Part shown: piece after piece, positions 42,319 to 60,146 of the stretch
Position numbering within the stretch: position 1 is the first letter of the stretch
How the letters are laid out: every line of letters begins with the position of its first letter
DNA from: the human T2T-CHM13v2.0 reference genome, Homo sapiens
Length of the DNA: 64,000 nucleotides
Strand: one strand, 5' to 3'
Assembly (NCBI RefSeq): GCF_009914755.1
Contig: NC_060928.1
Notes under the pieces: generated by a model
Databases searched by the model: none
Seen by the model: the letters and a program-made list of their open reading frames with translations, nothing else
What the model was told of the DNA's origin: nothing
Position numbers and translations under genes: made by a program

Positions 42319-42341
42319 TTACAAGGCATGTTAAAAGGCAG

Positions 42342-42878
42342 TATCAGGGCCAGAAGAAAATTTCCACTTTGCCCTCTGAAGATTTACTGAAAATCAACTC
42401 ACAAAGGGCAGATTAATAGAAAAAGAGGCATGCAAAATGTATTAACATACACGTGTGTGTAGGAGTTAAAACACAAAAACTCAAAAGAGGGGGGCTACAT
42501 GGTTGACACTTTTATACTATCTTGAGGTTAAAAATAAGGGCATGGTGCTCAGCAAGGCAGGTTATGGGAGGGAGAGAAGAGAAAAGGCATGGCTAGCAAA
42601 GGTGGTCTTGTTATGCAGATAAAGTCTTACAGGTAGCAGCCCTTAGAAAAGAAGGTAGCCTGTGGTTGAATTAATTTATCTGAGATCTGAACAAAGGCGA
42701 GATCTCAGAGAAAGTCTTGTTGTTTAAGTCACTGATGTAGACTTTTCTCTACAAATGTAAATATCCTCCACAAAAGGCTGCTTTTCAGGGCTGTTGTTGT
42801 CTGTCTACCCTCTGAATAGCTATCTCAAAATATGGCAAGGAAGTGTATTTGGCAATAAAATATTTCTGGTATCCTTTA
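42342..42878 (-). mobile_element. ERV1 MER4-group solo LTR (MER39/MER34-like)
   Basis: Minus strand begins AAAGGATACCAGAAATATTTTATTGCCAAATACACTTCCTTGCCATATTTTGAGATAGCT; plus strand has GCCCTCTGAAG..TTACTGAAAATCAACT.ACAAA..GCAGATTAATAG. Degenerate TSD GCAG/GCTG. Confidence 0.7.
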
Positions 42879-44604
42879 GCTGAAATCACAGTCTAAAGAG
42901 ACAATCCAAGCATCAAAACCAGACGTGACTATGAGAGAGTTTGGAATTATCAGACCAGGAATTTTAAATAACTACTATGATTAATGTGCTAAGAGTTCTA
43001 AAGAATAAAGTGGACAACATGCAAGAGCAGATAAGTAATGTAAGCAAGAGTTGAAAATGTAGAAATGAATCAAAATAAATGTTAGAAATCAAGAATGCTC
43101 TAACAGAAATGATGAATGCCTCATCAGTAGACAATAGAGGAAATCATCAGTAAGCTTTAAGATATGTTAATAGAAACTGCCAAAGTGAAGTTCAAAGAAA
43201 AATTATCCACAGGAACATAACATCCAAGACTGTGGGAAAATTACAAAGACATATAATATGTATTATGACAATATCAACAGTAGAAGAAAGAGAGTTAGAA
43301 ACAATGACAGATGACAAACCAAAGAACCATGAGGCTTAGAGAACACCAAGGAGAATAAATGCCAAAAAATCTACAGCTATGCACATCATAATAAAATGCA
43401 GAAATCAAAGATAAAGAGAAAAATCTTAAAAAAATATACATTTCCTATAGAGAAGTAAGAATAAGAATTACATCAGGCTTTTCTTCAGAAAACATATAAG
43501 AATGAAGAGAGCAGAGTAAAATATTTAAATAATTAAAATAATAAAACCACAAACCTAGAATTCTGTGTCCAATAAAATTATCTTACAAAATTAGAAGAGA
43601 CATAAAAACTATCTCAAAGAAAAATCGATCAAATTTGTCACTGGTAGAACTACTTCACAAGAAACATTAAAAGAAGTTCTACAAAGAGAAAGAAAATAAT
43701 ATACATCAGAAACTTAAAACTACATTTGTAAAAAAAAATAAGCTTTAAAAAGAAATAAAGATAAAATAAAGCCTTTTATTTTTCTGATGCTTAATTAATC
43801 TAAATGATAAGAGTTCATTGAAAAATAATAATCACCATTATAGCTTATGGATAAGTGAAATAAATGACAAGGTCTTACGAGCTGGGAGGGAGGAATTTGG
43901 TATAATCCATAATAAGGCACTTGCACTACCTGTGAAGTGGTATCATGTTATTTAAAAGTGAACTTGGATTAATCACAATGTATATTGCAAATACTAGGGC
44001 AACCATTATATATTTTTAAAATAAATATGATAGATATACTAAATAGATAATAAAGAAATAATGATCAATTCTATGCTCACAAATTTGATAAGCTAGCTAG
44101 ATAAAATTGACCAATTCCTTGAAAGACACAATCTACCAAAACTCACGCAAGGAGAAATAGGTAATCTGAGTAGGCTTGTACTTGTTAAGGTAATGGAATC
44201 AATAATTAACACTTTCCAAAGTAGAAAGCATCAGGACCAAGTTGTTTTACTGGTAAATTCTACTAAACATTTAAGAAGTAAATGACATTAATTAGATTAT
44301 CTACAATCTGTTTCAAAAAATAGAAACAAAGGGCACACATTTTAACCCATTCTATGATGCCACATTGCCCTAACCAAAACCAGACAAAGAAATATGAAAG
44401 GGAAACTGCAGACTAACATCTATCATAAACATAGATGCAAAAACCCTCAATGAAATATTAGAAAACCAAATCCAATAATGAATAAAAATAATTATACACC
44501 ATAAGCAACTTGAATTTATTACAGCTATGCAAGCCTGGTTCAGTATTTGAAAATTAATTAATGTAATTCATCACATCAACAGCTAAGGAGAAAAATCACA
44601 TGAT

Positions 44605-45140
44605 TGAGAGGTGAAGCCAGCTGGGCTTCTGGGTCCCCTGGGGACTTGGAGAACTTTTCCCTCTAGCTAAAGGATTGTAACAGCACCAATCAGCACTCTG
44701 TAAAATGGACCAATCAGCACCCTGTAAAATGGACCAGTCAGCATTTGGTAAAATGGACCAATAAGTGCTCTGTAAAATGGACCAATCAGCAGGATGTGGG
44801 CGGGGCCAAATAAGGGAATAAAAGCTAGCCACCCAAGCTAGCAGGGCAACTTGCTCAGGTGAGTCACGTGCTGTGGATGCTTTGGTTCTTTTGCTCTTCA
44901 CAATAAATCTTGCTGCTGCTAACTGGGTTTGCACCACTTTTAAGAGCTGTAACACTTGCTGTAAAGGTCTGCGTTCACTCCTGAAGTCAGCAAGACCACG
45001 AACCCACCAGAAGGAACAAACTCAGGACACATCTGACACACCATCTTTAAGAGCTGTAACACGCACCGCAAAGGTCCACAGATTAATTCGTGAAGTCAGT
45101 GAGACCAAGAACCCACTGGAAGGAATAAATTCCGGACACG
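44605..45140 (+). mobile_element. LTR12F-like (ERV9) solo LTR
   Basis: Starts TGAGAGGTGAAGCCAGCTGG; tandem ACCAATCAG units; two U5 repeats TTTAAGAGCTGTAACAC...GAAGTCAG...GAACCCAC; ends TCCGGACAC. TSD TGAT/AGAT. Confidence 0.9.
44686..44870 (+). promoter_or_regulatory. LTR12 U3 promoter: 24-bp-spaced CCAAT (NF-Y) array, GC box, TATA-like AATAAAA
   Basis: CCAAT at 44686, 44710, 44758 and 44782 (CCAGT at 44734); GGGCGGGG at 44798-44805; AATAAAA at 44817-44823. Activity not shown by sequence. Confidence 0.65.
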
Positions 45141-48100
45141 AGATTACCTAAAGAGATTTGACAAAATCTAACAGCCATTCAGGATTTTTAAAAAATCAGC
45201 AAACTGGAAATACAGTGGAATTTTGTCAACTTTAGATAAAGGACGTCTGCAATAAACTAACAGATGGCATCATACTTAATGATGAGAAACTAGAGGCTTT
45301 CCCTCTAAATCAGAAAAAAGGATGCAAGTGTCTGTCTTCTCACAGCTCCTATTCAACATTGCATTGGAAGCTCTAGATAAAGCAATAAAATAAGAAAATA
45401 GAATAAAATATACAGATTAGAAAGGAAAAAATAAAACTGGCTTATTTTTTGCCAGTTTTATTATTGACATGATCGTCCATGTAGAAAATCCCCAAAATCA
45501 AAAACAAACAAATGTAAAAATACTCTTACAACTGGTAAGTGATTATAGTAAGGTTTCAGGACAGAACGTCAATATGCAAAAGTCAATTGCTTTCTTATAT
45601 ATTGGCGATACAAAATTAGATGTGCAGTTAAAGACACAGCACCATTTACATTAGCATCAGAACCATTGGAATATTTAGGTATAAAGTTAGCAAAAATATA
45701 TTACTGCTGTATGAGGAAAACTACAAAACTCTGATGAAAGAAATTGAAGGTCTAAATAATTGTAGAGAGTCTGTATTTGCGAATACAAATTACTCAACAT
45801 TGTAAATATGTCAATTTTTCCAACTTGAACTACAGATTCAAAGAAATCTTAATCAAAATCTCATCAAATTACTGTGGAAACAAACTGATTCTAAAATTAG
45901 TATGAAAAGGCACAAGATCTAGAATAGGTAACTTTGAAGAAGAACAACGTCAGAGGACTCCCACTACCTGGTTACAAGTTTACTGTATAGTAACAGCACT
46001 CAAGACAGTGTAGTATTTGCAAAATAATAAGCACACCAATCCAAGCTGATAGAGTCCAAAAATAGACCCACACAAATGTAATAAATTGATATTTGACTCA
46101 ATAGTAAAGCAATCCAATGGGGTAAGGTTAGTGTTTTCAACAAATGGTGCTGGAAAAACTGAATATCCACATACAAAAAAAATTAAATAATGACTTTGGA
46201 CACTGACCTTACATACTGTCAAAAATTAAAGTGGATCCCAGACCTAAGTATAAGGTATAAAAGTATAAAACTTCTAGATGATACCAGGCCAAAATCGAGG
46301 TGACCTTATATGTGACAATGAGTATTTAGATACACCACCAAATGCACAGTTCAGGAAAAAAATAAGTTGGACTTCATTACAATTAAATATGTCTGCACTT
46401 GAATGACAATGATAAGAAAATTAAAACACAAGCCGCAGCCTTAAAAGAAATATTTGTAAAACATACTAATAAAGGAAAGGTGCTCAAAATACACAAAGTA
46501 TTGTTAAAAGTCATGAATGAGGAAACAAATGACACAATCAAAAAGTGCACAAAAGGGCTCAACAGACACCTCATCAAAGAAGATGTACAGATGGCAAATA
46601 AGCATATAAAAATGCTCAGTATTTTATGTAATTAGGAAAATGCAAGTTAAAACAGCAATGGAATATTACTACATACCTACTAGAATGGTGAAAATCAAAA
46701 CATTGACAACAAATGCTGGTGAGTATATGCAGCCACAGGAAGTTGTATTCATTGCTGATGAAAATGGAAAATGATATCAAAATTTCACAAGACACTTTGG
46801 CAGTTTCTTAAAATGCCAAGTAGTTTTACCATATGAGCCAGCAATTGCACTTTTAGGTATGTAATACCCAAAGGAGTCAAAAACATATATCTACACAAAA
46901 ACCTGAACAATAATTTTCAGTTACTCATCATTATTAAAAATTGGGAATAATCAAGCAATTCTTCAATAGGTGAGTGGATGAACAAACATTCATAAAATAC
47001 ATTCATACAATGGAAAAATATTCAGCAATAAAAATAAGTGAGCTATCATGCACAAAATATGGCTAAGTGAAAATAGCCAGCCTGAAATGACTATATTCTT
47101 TGTGATTCCAACTATATGACAGTCTTAAAAAGGCATAACTATTGAGACAGTAAAAAGATCAGTGCTTCCCAGGAGTTGTGGGGGAGGGAGGATTTTCTGG
47201 GCAAAAAAACTCTTCTGTGTGGATCTCTGATCCTGGATACAAGAATGCATTTAGCAAAACCCACAGACTTTTACAACACAAAGGGTGAATGCTAAAGTAA
47301 TCTATGCATATTAATTAATAATAAACTAGTGTTAATAGTTCATCAATTGTTGCAAATGTAATCCATTAATGCAAGATGTTAATAATAGGGAAAACAGCAG
47401 TGGGAGAAAAGGGGGACAATATGATAAATCTGTACTTTTTTTTTTTTGTAAACCTGAGCTGCTCTAAAAAATAAAGCTTATTAATTTTTTAAATATGCTA
47501 TGAATATATATACATTTATGCCAAATGTGTTTTCATCTATTATTAGTTTAATATGAGTAACTATAAATTTGAAATAAGTTGAAAGTAATATTTAAGGGAT
47601 GCTAAAGGCTATGTAAGCATTTAAAATGTTTGATAGATATTAAACTAGACATTTTAAATTTATTTTCAAACAACATATTTGAGTTGAAATTAAAATATTT
47701 TGGCACAATTTTTCTTCTTATTTTTAATAATCTATTAACATTCTATGGATAGATACAGGAATGCAGAACAGGAATCCATTAGAGAATAACATACTGTTTT
47801 CTCTATTAAATATATATTAATGACTATTTGTAGCTACAATTATAAAGAAGACTTCTAAATCACTAATTATAAGTTATCCTAATTAACAAATTAGAGGACA
47901 TTTTGTGGATAATAAGCAAGTTTCAGTAATATTCATACATTTTTGGTAGGTAATTCTGCAAAAATTGAATAATAGGAAAACACACTTATACTTATTGTCA
48001 AGTTAGAAAGTTTATCTTTATGGAAATTATTCCCCAATAAAATCTTTGCATATGCAGAAAAAAATGTATTACACAATATGGATATGACTGTATCACTTCC

Positions 48101-49885
48101 TTTGTAATCGTCCAGATTTTCTTGGTAAAAGTCATAAAATTTTCACAAATTAACAATTTATTATCTTCAATTGTTCCTGTCTTGGAATGATTTATATAAG
48201 AGGGAAAAAAGTCTACTTTATCTTGGTTCTATTTAATTTTATGTTTTTCTAAGCAAGTTACTTTTATTGGGTAATAAACTTACTGGCATGTTTCTTTCTA
48301 AAAACAATTAATATACACAAGTGAAGAAATAAAAATAAGTGATCAGGTTCAATAATTTATGTAAGAATAGTCAACTTCACAGACTTATAATTTAAATTAT
48401 AATTTTATAATACATTTTATTTTTATTCAACTAATTTTATTTCAATAAAATAAACTAAATTTATATTTATTCAACTAATTTTATTTTATTCCATTTGTAT
48501 GTTCAAGACGATCGAATTAGCTCTTATTAACCTTGTTTTAACTAATATTTTAATAATCAACTATAAGAATAAGATGAATGTAAGTCATTTTTTCATGGTT
48601 TAGTAATTAAGGTACTTCCAAGTCAAACCTCAGTGTCAGCAGTTGTACAATCCGTGAATGAGAGTAAGAGAATATATTCATTTTCTTTAAGGTTTACTGA
48701 AGTGGTTCCACAAGATTGGGGTTGAAAATGCACACCTTAAAATTTAATTTTCCACTGTATGATGATTAGGTACCTAAGAGCTTATGGAGGTTATGTGCAT
48801 TCATCCTGATGCTCTCAAAAATTACATTCAGGTCTAAAAGTATATTAGGTAGCAATAAACTTGATTTTTAAAAGATGACTATTAACAGTAAGTAAAAATA
48901 ATAAGGTATGTCATGCAAAACCACACACTATATTTGGCTAATAAATTTTAAGAGTCACTATGGCATGGTAAATTGCTCACTAACAGTCCGTAAATTGGGA
49001 TTCCATTTGTAACTTGGACACTGAAACTTGGCGTCACCACCATGGGCTAAGCAATTGGGTCCCAAGTTGTTCATCTGTAATGAAAGGTTATATGTTGATC
49101 AAATACAACACAGGAGATCAAATTTCAAATCCCCCGAGTTTATTCCTGGAAGGTGAACATTTCAACCTCGGTTTTTTAAAAGATGTCATAAATTTTTAGA
49201 AAAAAATGTGACTTTATGAGTGAAAAGAGAAATATCTTTTTTTTCCCCCGGAGTCATTATATTTTCTCTATTCTGAGAAACACCTAGAAATATGTTAAAG
49301 TTGAATAACTTGTTTCACCTAGATATGGATTATTGTTTCCACTTACCATCTGATGTGTTTGTCAGCATTTTTTTTTAAATTTTTTTTATTTTTAGTAACT
49401 ATAAACTTTCTCATAAAGAAAAGGAGATGCTGAGGATAAGAAAAAACTTGAATGAAAGATCACAGAAACAACTAAAGGTAGTTTCTTTACTAAGTTTCTA
49501 ACAAGGGTAGGATCAGCAAGGTAAATTGATTGGGAAAAAATATATTAGCTAAATAGAATTAGAAGTAATTAATTTTTGATTAAACATAATTAATATTGAT
49601 TGGTAAAATAGATTCATATTTGATAAGATTGACAACGCTTATTCTATACTTAGGTCAATATTTACCCCATCTAGTAAATACCACTCTTTCCCAATTATTT
49701 TCTCAAACCATGAATAACACCCTTTAACATTTCCAAGGTGATGATCTGGATTTTAGTATCTATCAATAGGAGCGGAGACTTTTCTTTCAACATATATCCT
49801 TTTTAATAAGCGGAAATGTACATACACACAAATGGTTATCTTATTTTTTCTGTTTGAGAGTCACAGCCTTATTAATACTCCAATA

Positions 49886-51720
<1,835 letters not shown>

Positions 51721-52145
51721 CAATAGCTGTTGACTCAGAGTTGTCTCACCAGCTGCTACAAAGTTGCAAATTTTAATCTCTGATTTTAGTATTTAATGTA
51801 TCTCTCTAGATTCATCAGATATAGGTAAGTCCGGGCCTATATAAATACACCATGTTTTCTTATATCTAAGTATATTTAGACATATTTGTCCATTCCCTGT
51901 AACTAGGTGAGATATTTGAAGTATATGCAACAAGTACTGCATAGGAAGTGAAAGCACATTTGCCGGGACACAGTCAGCCCTGCCTGTAACACCAACTCTT
52001 ATCATCTTTCCAGAGTCCACTGTCTACTCTCTGACACTCAACTCTATTTTTCACATGCAGAATTTCATTATTATTTGCCTTATTATTTTATATTATATTG
52101 GACCAAAAATATAGTATAGAATTTATCACTTTGTGCAAATATTTT

Positions 52146-52726
52146 TTTCTATTATTATTATTATATATTTAAGAGGTACAAGTATAGGTTTCTTACATGC
52201 ATATATTGCATCATGGGGAAGTCTGGGCTTTTAGTGTACCCATCACCTGAATAGCGAACTTGTACTCAATAGGTAATTTTTCATGCCTTACTAGCCTCTG
52301 ATCCTCCCAGCTTTTGAAGTCTCTAATGTCCATTATTCCATTTTTTTATGTTCATGCATATCCATTGTTTAGTTCCCACTTATAAGTGAGAATATGAAGT
52401 ATTTGAATTTCTTTTTCTGTGTTCTATTACTTAGGAAAATGACCTCTAGTTCTGCCCATGTTGTTGCAAAATATATGACTTAATTCTTTTTATGGCTGAA
52501 TAGTATTTCATAGTATATATACACCATATTTTATTTATCCAATCATCTGTTGATGAACACCCAGGTTCATTTCATGATTTTGCTATTGTGAATAGTACTG
52601 CAATAAACATATGAGAGCAGACGTCTTTTTTATATAATGGTTTCCTTTCCTTTGGATAGATACCCAGAAGTGAGATTGATGAATGAAAGGGTAGTTATAT
52701 TTTTAGTTCTTTGAGAAGTCTCCTTA
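52146..52726 (-). mobile_element. 5'-truncated L1PB4-like element with TSD
   Basis: Antisense 3' UTR GGTACAAGT...GAAGTCTGGGCTTTTAGTGTACCCATCACC. TSD TGCAAATATTTT at 52134-52145 and 52731-52742; the right copy is followed by AA (TTTT/AA endonuclease site). Confidence 0.85.
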
Positions 52727-52864
52727 TTTATGCAAATATTTTAATTGGCTGTTTTCTTCTTATAATCGTAAGAGTATCTTTCCAGTATTTTCATAACAGT
52801 GTGAAACATAGATCTGGAGACAGAGATGGATCTGGAATTTTGTGTATTGAAAAAGTAAATTTAA

Positions 52865-53269
<405 letters not shown>

Positions 53270-53442
53270 TAAAACAAGAAAAAACAGTTTGGCAGAGATT
53301 GGATAATGGTTTATTTTGTTTGTTTTATAATTTGAAATTGCAGGACTTCTTTAAGGTCCTCTACACAACTCAGCATTGTGAAACTCCAAAAGAGTGATTC
53401 AGAGTGTTGTATTGTGGGAGATGGTGATCACTCGAAAGTCTG

Positions 53443-53779
<337 letters not shown>

Positions 53780-54067
53780 TAAATGTCTACTGGGTCCCCT
53801 TTCAGGAAGGCTGGGAGAAAGACTAAAGTATAAAATCTAAAGCAATTTAGAGAATACAGCTTGGGAGAATCTGACCTAATACTTCTGAATTTCAAACATT
53901 TAAAGGTATTCCTTTTTCATTTTACACATTTTCTAAAACTATTTTACCTAATACATCTTCTGCCATCATTCATTTTGCCTTAGATTAATTATTATTAGAT
54001 TTATTTTGTAATGTATGCACAGCTAATATTTCACTTTTTCTATGGTGATGAGGCACAAACCACCTGT

Positions 54068-54080
54068 TGTTCTATTAATT

Positions 54081-54082
<2 letters not shown>
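54068..54082. repeat. L1HS target-site duplication, left copy (TGTTCTATTAATTTT)
   Basis: Identical to 60132-60146; its last Ts merge with the poly(T). Confidence 0.93.
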
Positions 54083-54112
<30 letters not shown>

Positions 54113-54320
54113 TTTATTATACTCTAAGTTTTAGGGTACATGTGCACATTGTGCAGGTTAGTTACATATGTATACATGTGCCATGCTGGTGCGCTGCACC
54201 CACTAATGTGTCATCTAGCATTAGGTATATCTCCCAATGCTATCCCTCCCCCCTCCCCCGACCCCACCACAGTCCCCAGAGTGTGATATTCCCCTTCCTG
54301 TGTCCATGTGATCTCATTGT

Positions 54321-58172
<3,852 letters not shown>

Positions 58173-58211
58173 TCATTAGTTGATGCAGTTTCTTCCTAGT
58201 CTCGATGGTCT

Positions 58212-59228
58212 TTACATTTTGGCATGATTTTGCAGCGGCTGGTACCGGTTGTTCCTTTCCATGTTTAGCGCTTCCTTCAGGAGCTCTTTTAGGGCAGGCC
58301 TGGTGGTGACAAAATCTCTCAACATTTGCTTGTCTATAAAGTATTTTATTTCTCCTTCACTTATGAAGCTTAGTTTGGCTGGATATGAAATTCTGGGTTG
58401 AAAATTCTTTTCTTTAAGAATGTTGAATATTGGCCCCCACTCTCTTCTGGCTTGTAGGGTTTCTGCCGAGAGATCCGCTGTTAGTCTGATGGGCTTTCCT
58501 TTGAGGGTAACCCGACCTTTCTCTCTGGCTGCCCTTAACATTTTTTCCTTCATTTCAACTTTGGTGAATCTGACAATTATGTGTCTTGGAGTTGCTCTTC
58601 TCGAGGAGTATCTTTGTGGCGTTCTCTGTATTTCCTGAATCTGAACGTTGGCCTGCCTTGCTAGATTGGGGAAGTTCTCCTGGATAATATCCTGCAGAGT
58701 GTTTTCCAACTTGGTTCCATTCTCCACATCACTTTCAGGTACACCAATCAGACGTAGATTTGGTCTTTTCACATAGTCCCATATTTCTTGGAGGCTTTGC
58801 TCATTTCTTTTTATTCTTTTTTCTCTAAACTTCCCTTCTCGCTTCATTTCATTCATTTCATCTTCCATTGCTGATACCCTTTCTTCCAGTTGATCGCATC
58901 GGCTCCTGAGGCTTCTGCATTCTTCACGTAGTTCTCGAGCCTTGGTTTTCAGCTCCATCAGCTCCTTTAAGCACTTCTCTGTATTGGTTATTCTAGTTAT
59001 ACATTCTTCTAAATTTTTTTCAAAGTTTTCAACTTCTTTGCCTTTGGTTTGAATGTCCTCCCGTAGCTCAGAGTAATTTGATCGTCTGAAGCCTTCTTCT
59101 CTCAGCTCGTCAAAATCATTCTCCATCCAGCTTTGTTCTGTTGCTGGTGAGGAACTGCGTTCCTTTGGAGGAGGAGAGGCGCTCTGCGTTTTAGAGTTTC
59201 CAGTTTTTCTGTTCTGTTTTTTCCCCAT
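58212..59228 (-). CDS. L1-ORF1: LINE-1 ORF1p RNA-binding/nucleic-acid chaperone
   Basis: Uninterrupted 338 aa, MGKKQNRK...NHAKM, with REKG, ARR and YPAKLS motifs intact. Confidence 0.98.
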   Translation of the reverse strand: MGKKQNRKTGNSKTQSASPPPKERSSSPATEQSWMENDFDELREEGFRRSNYSELREDIQTKGKEVENFEKNLEECITRITNTEKCLKELMELKTKARELREECRSLRSRCDQLEERVSAMEDEMNEMKREGKFREKRIKRNEQSLQEIWDYVKRPNLRLIGVPESDVENGTKLENTLQDIIQENFPNLARQANVQIQEIQRTPQRYSSRRATPRHIIVRFTKVEMKEKMLRAAREKGRVTLKGKPIRLTADLSAETLQARREWGPIFNILKEKNFQPRISYPAKLSFISEGEIKYFIDKQMLRDFVTTRPALKELLKEALNMERNNRYQPLQNHAKM

Positions 59229-60131
59229 CTTTGTGGTTTTATCTACTTTTGGTCTTTGATGATGGTGATGTACAGATGGGTTTTCGGTGTAGATGTCCTT
59301 TCTGGTTGTTAGTTTTCCTTCTAACAGACAGGACCCTCAGCTGCAGGTCTGTTGGAATACCCTGCCGTGTGAGGTGTCAGTGTGCCCCTGCTGGGGGGTG
59401 CCTCCCAGTTAGGCTGCTCGGGGGTCAGGAGTCAGGGACCCACTTGAGGAGGCAGTCTGCCCGTTCTCAGATCTCCAGCTGCGTCCTGGGAGAACCACTG
59501 CTCTCTTCAAAGCTGTCAGACAGGGACACTTAAGTCTGCAGAGGTTACTGCTGTCTTTTTGTTTGTCTGTGCCCTGCCCCCAGAGGTGGAGCCTACAGAG
59601 GCAGGCAGGCCTCCTTGAGCTGTGGTGGGCTCCACCCAGTTCGAGCTTCCCGGCTGCTTTGTTTACCTAAGCAAGCCTGGGCAATGGCGGGCGCCCCTCC
59701 CCCAGCCTCGTTGCCGCCTTGCAGTTTGATCTCAGACTGCTGTGCTAGCAATCAGCGAGATTCCGTGGGCGTAGGACCCTCCGAGCCAGGTGTGGGATAT
59801 AGTCTCATGGTGCGCCGTTTCTTAAGCCGGTCTGAAAAGCGCAATATTCGGGTGGGAGTGACCCGATTTTCCAGGTGCGTCCGTCACCCCTTTCTTTGAC
59901 TCGGAAAGGGAACTCCCTGACCCCTTGCGCTTCCCAGGTGAGGCAATGCCTCGCCCTGCTTCGGCTCGCGCACGGTGCGCACACACACTGGCCTGCGCCC
60001 ACTGTCTGGCACTCCCTAGTGAGATGAACCCGGTACCTCAGATGGAAATGCAGAAATCACCGTCTTCTGCGTCGCTCACGCTGGGAGCTGTAGACCGGAG
60101 CTGTTCCTATTCGGCCATCTTGGCTCCTCCC
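59229..60131 (-). promoter_or_regulatory. L1HS 5' UTR: CpG-rich internal sense promoter and antisense promoter
   Basis: 903 nt with CpGs largely retained, in an otherwise CpG-depleted window. YY1 site AAGATGGCC is intact (GGCCATCTT at 60113-60121). Promoter functions are established for L1HS. Confidence 0.92.
59684..59899 (+). CDS. L1-ORF0: LINE-1 ORF0 (antisense 71-aa ORF)
   Basis: MAGAPPPASLPPCSLISDCCASNQRDS...RCVRHPFL starting at ATG 59684; splice donors CAG|GTGTGG (GT 59790) and CAG|GTGCGT (GT 59875). Confidence 0.88.
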   Translation: MAGAPPPASLPPCSLISDCCASNQRDSVGVGPSEPGVGYSLMVRRFLSRSEKRNIRVGVTRFSRCVRHPFL

Positions 60132-60146
60132 TGTTCTATTAATTTT
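60132..60146. repeat. L1HS target-site duplication, right copy
   Basis: TGTTCTATTAATTTT followed by GA, giving a TTTT/GA endonuclease-site variant. Confidence 0.93.

Larger units (their letters stand above)
41385..47470 (+). mobile_element. Decayed L1MC1/2-like LINE-1 hosting three nested LTRs
   Basis: ORF1 remnant at ~42890-43700, ORF2 remnants (MIVHVENP, SKVSGQNVNMQKSIAFLY, LNRHLIKEDVQMANKH), and an L1MC-type 3' end CTGCTCTAAAAAATAAAG. Confidence 0.8.

Noticed and set aside
44686-44790. Regularly spaced 24-bp repeats superficially like a CRISPR array
   Set aside because: Head-to-tail units with no unique spacers; this is the normal LTR12 CCAAT repeat in a eukaryotic context.
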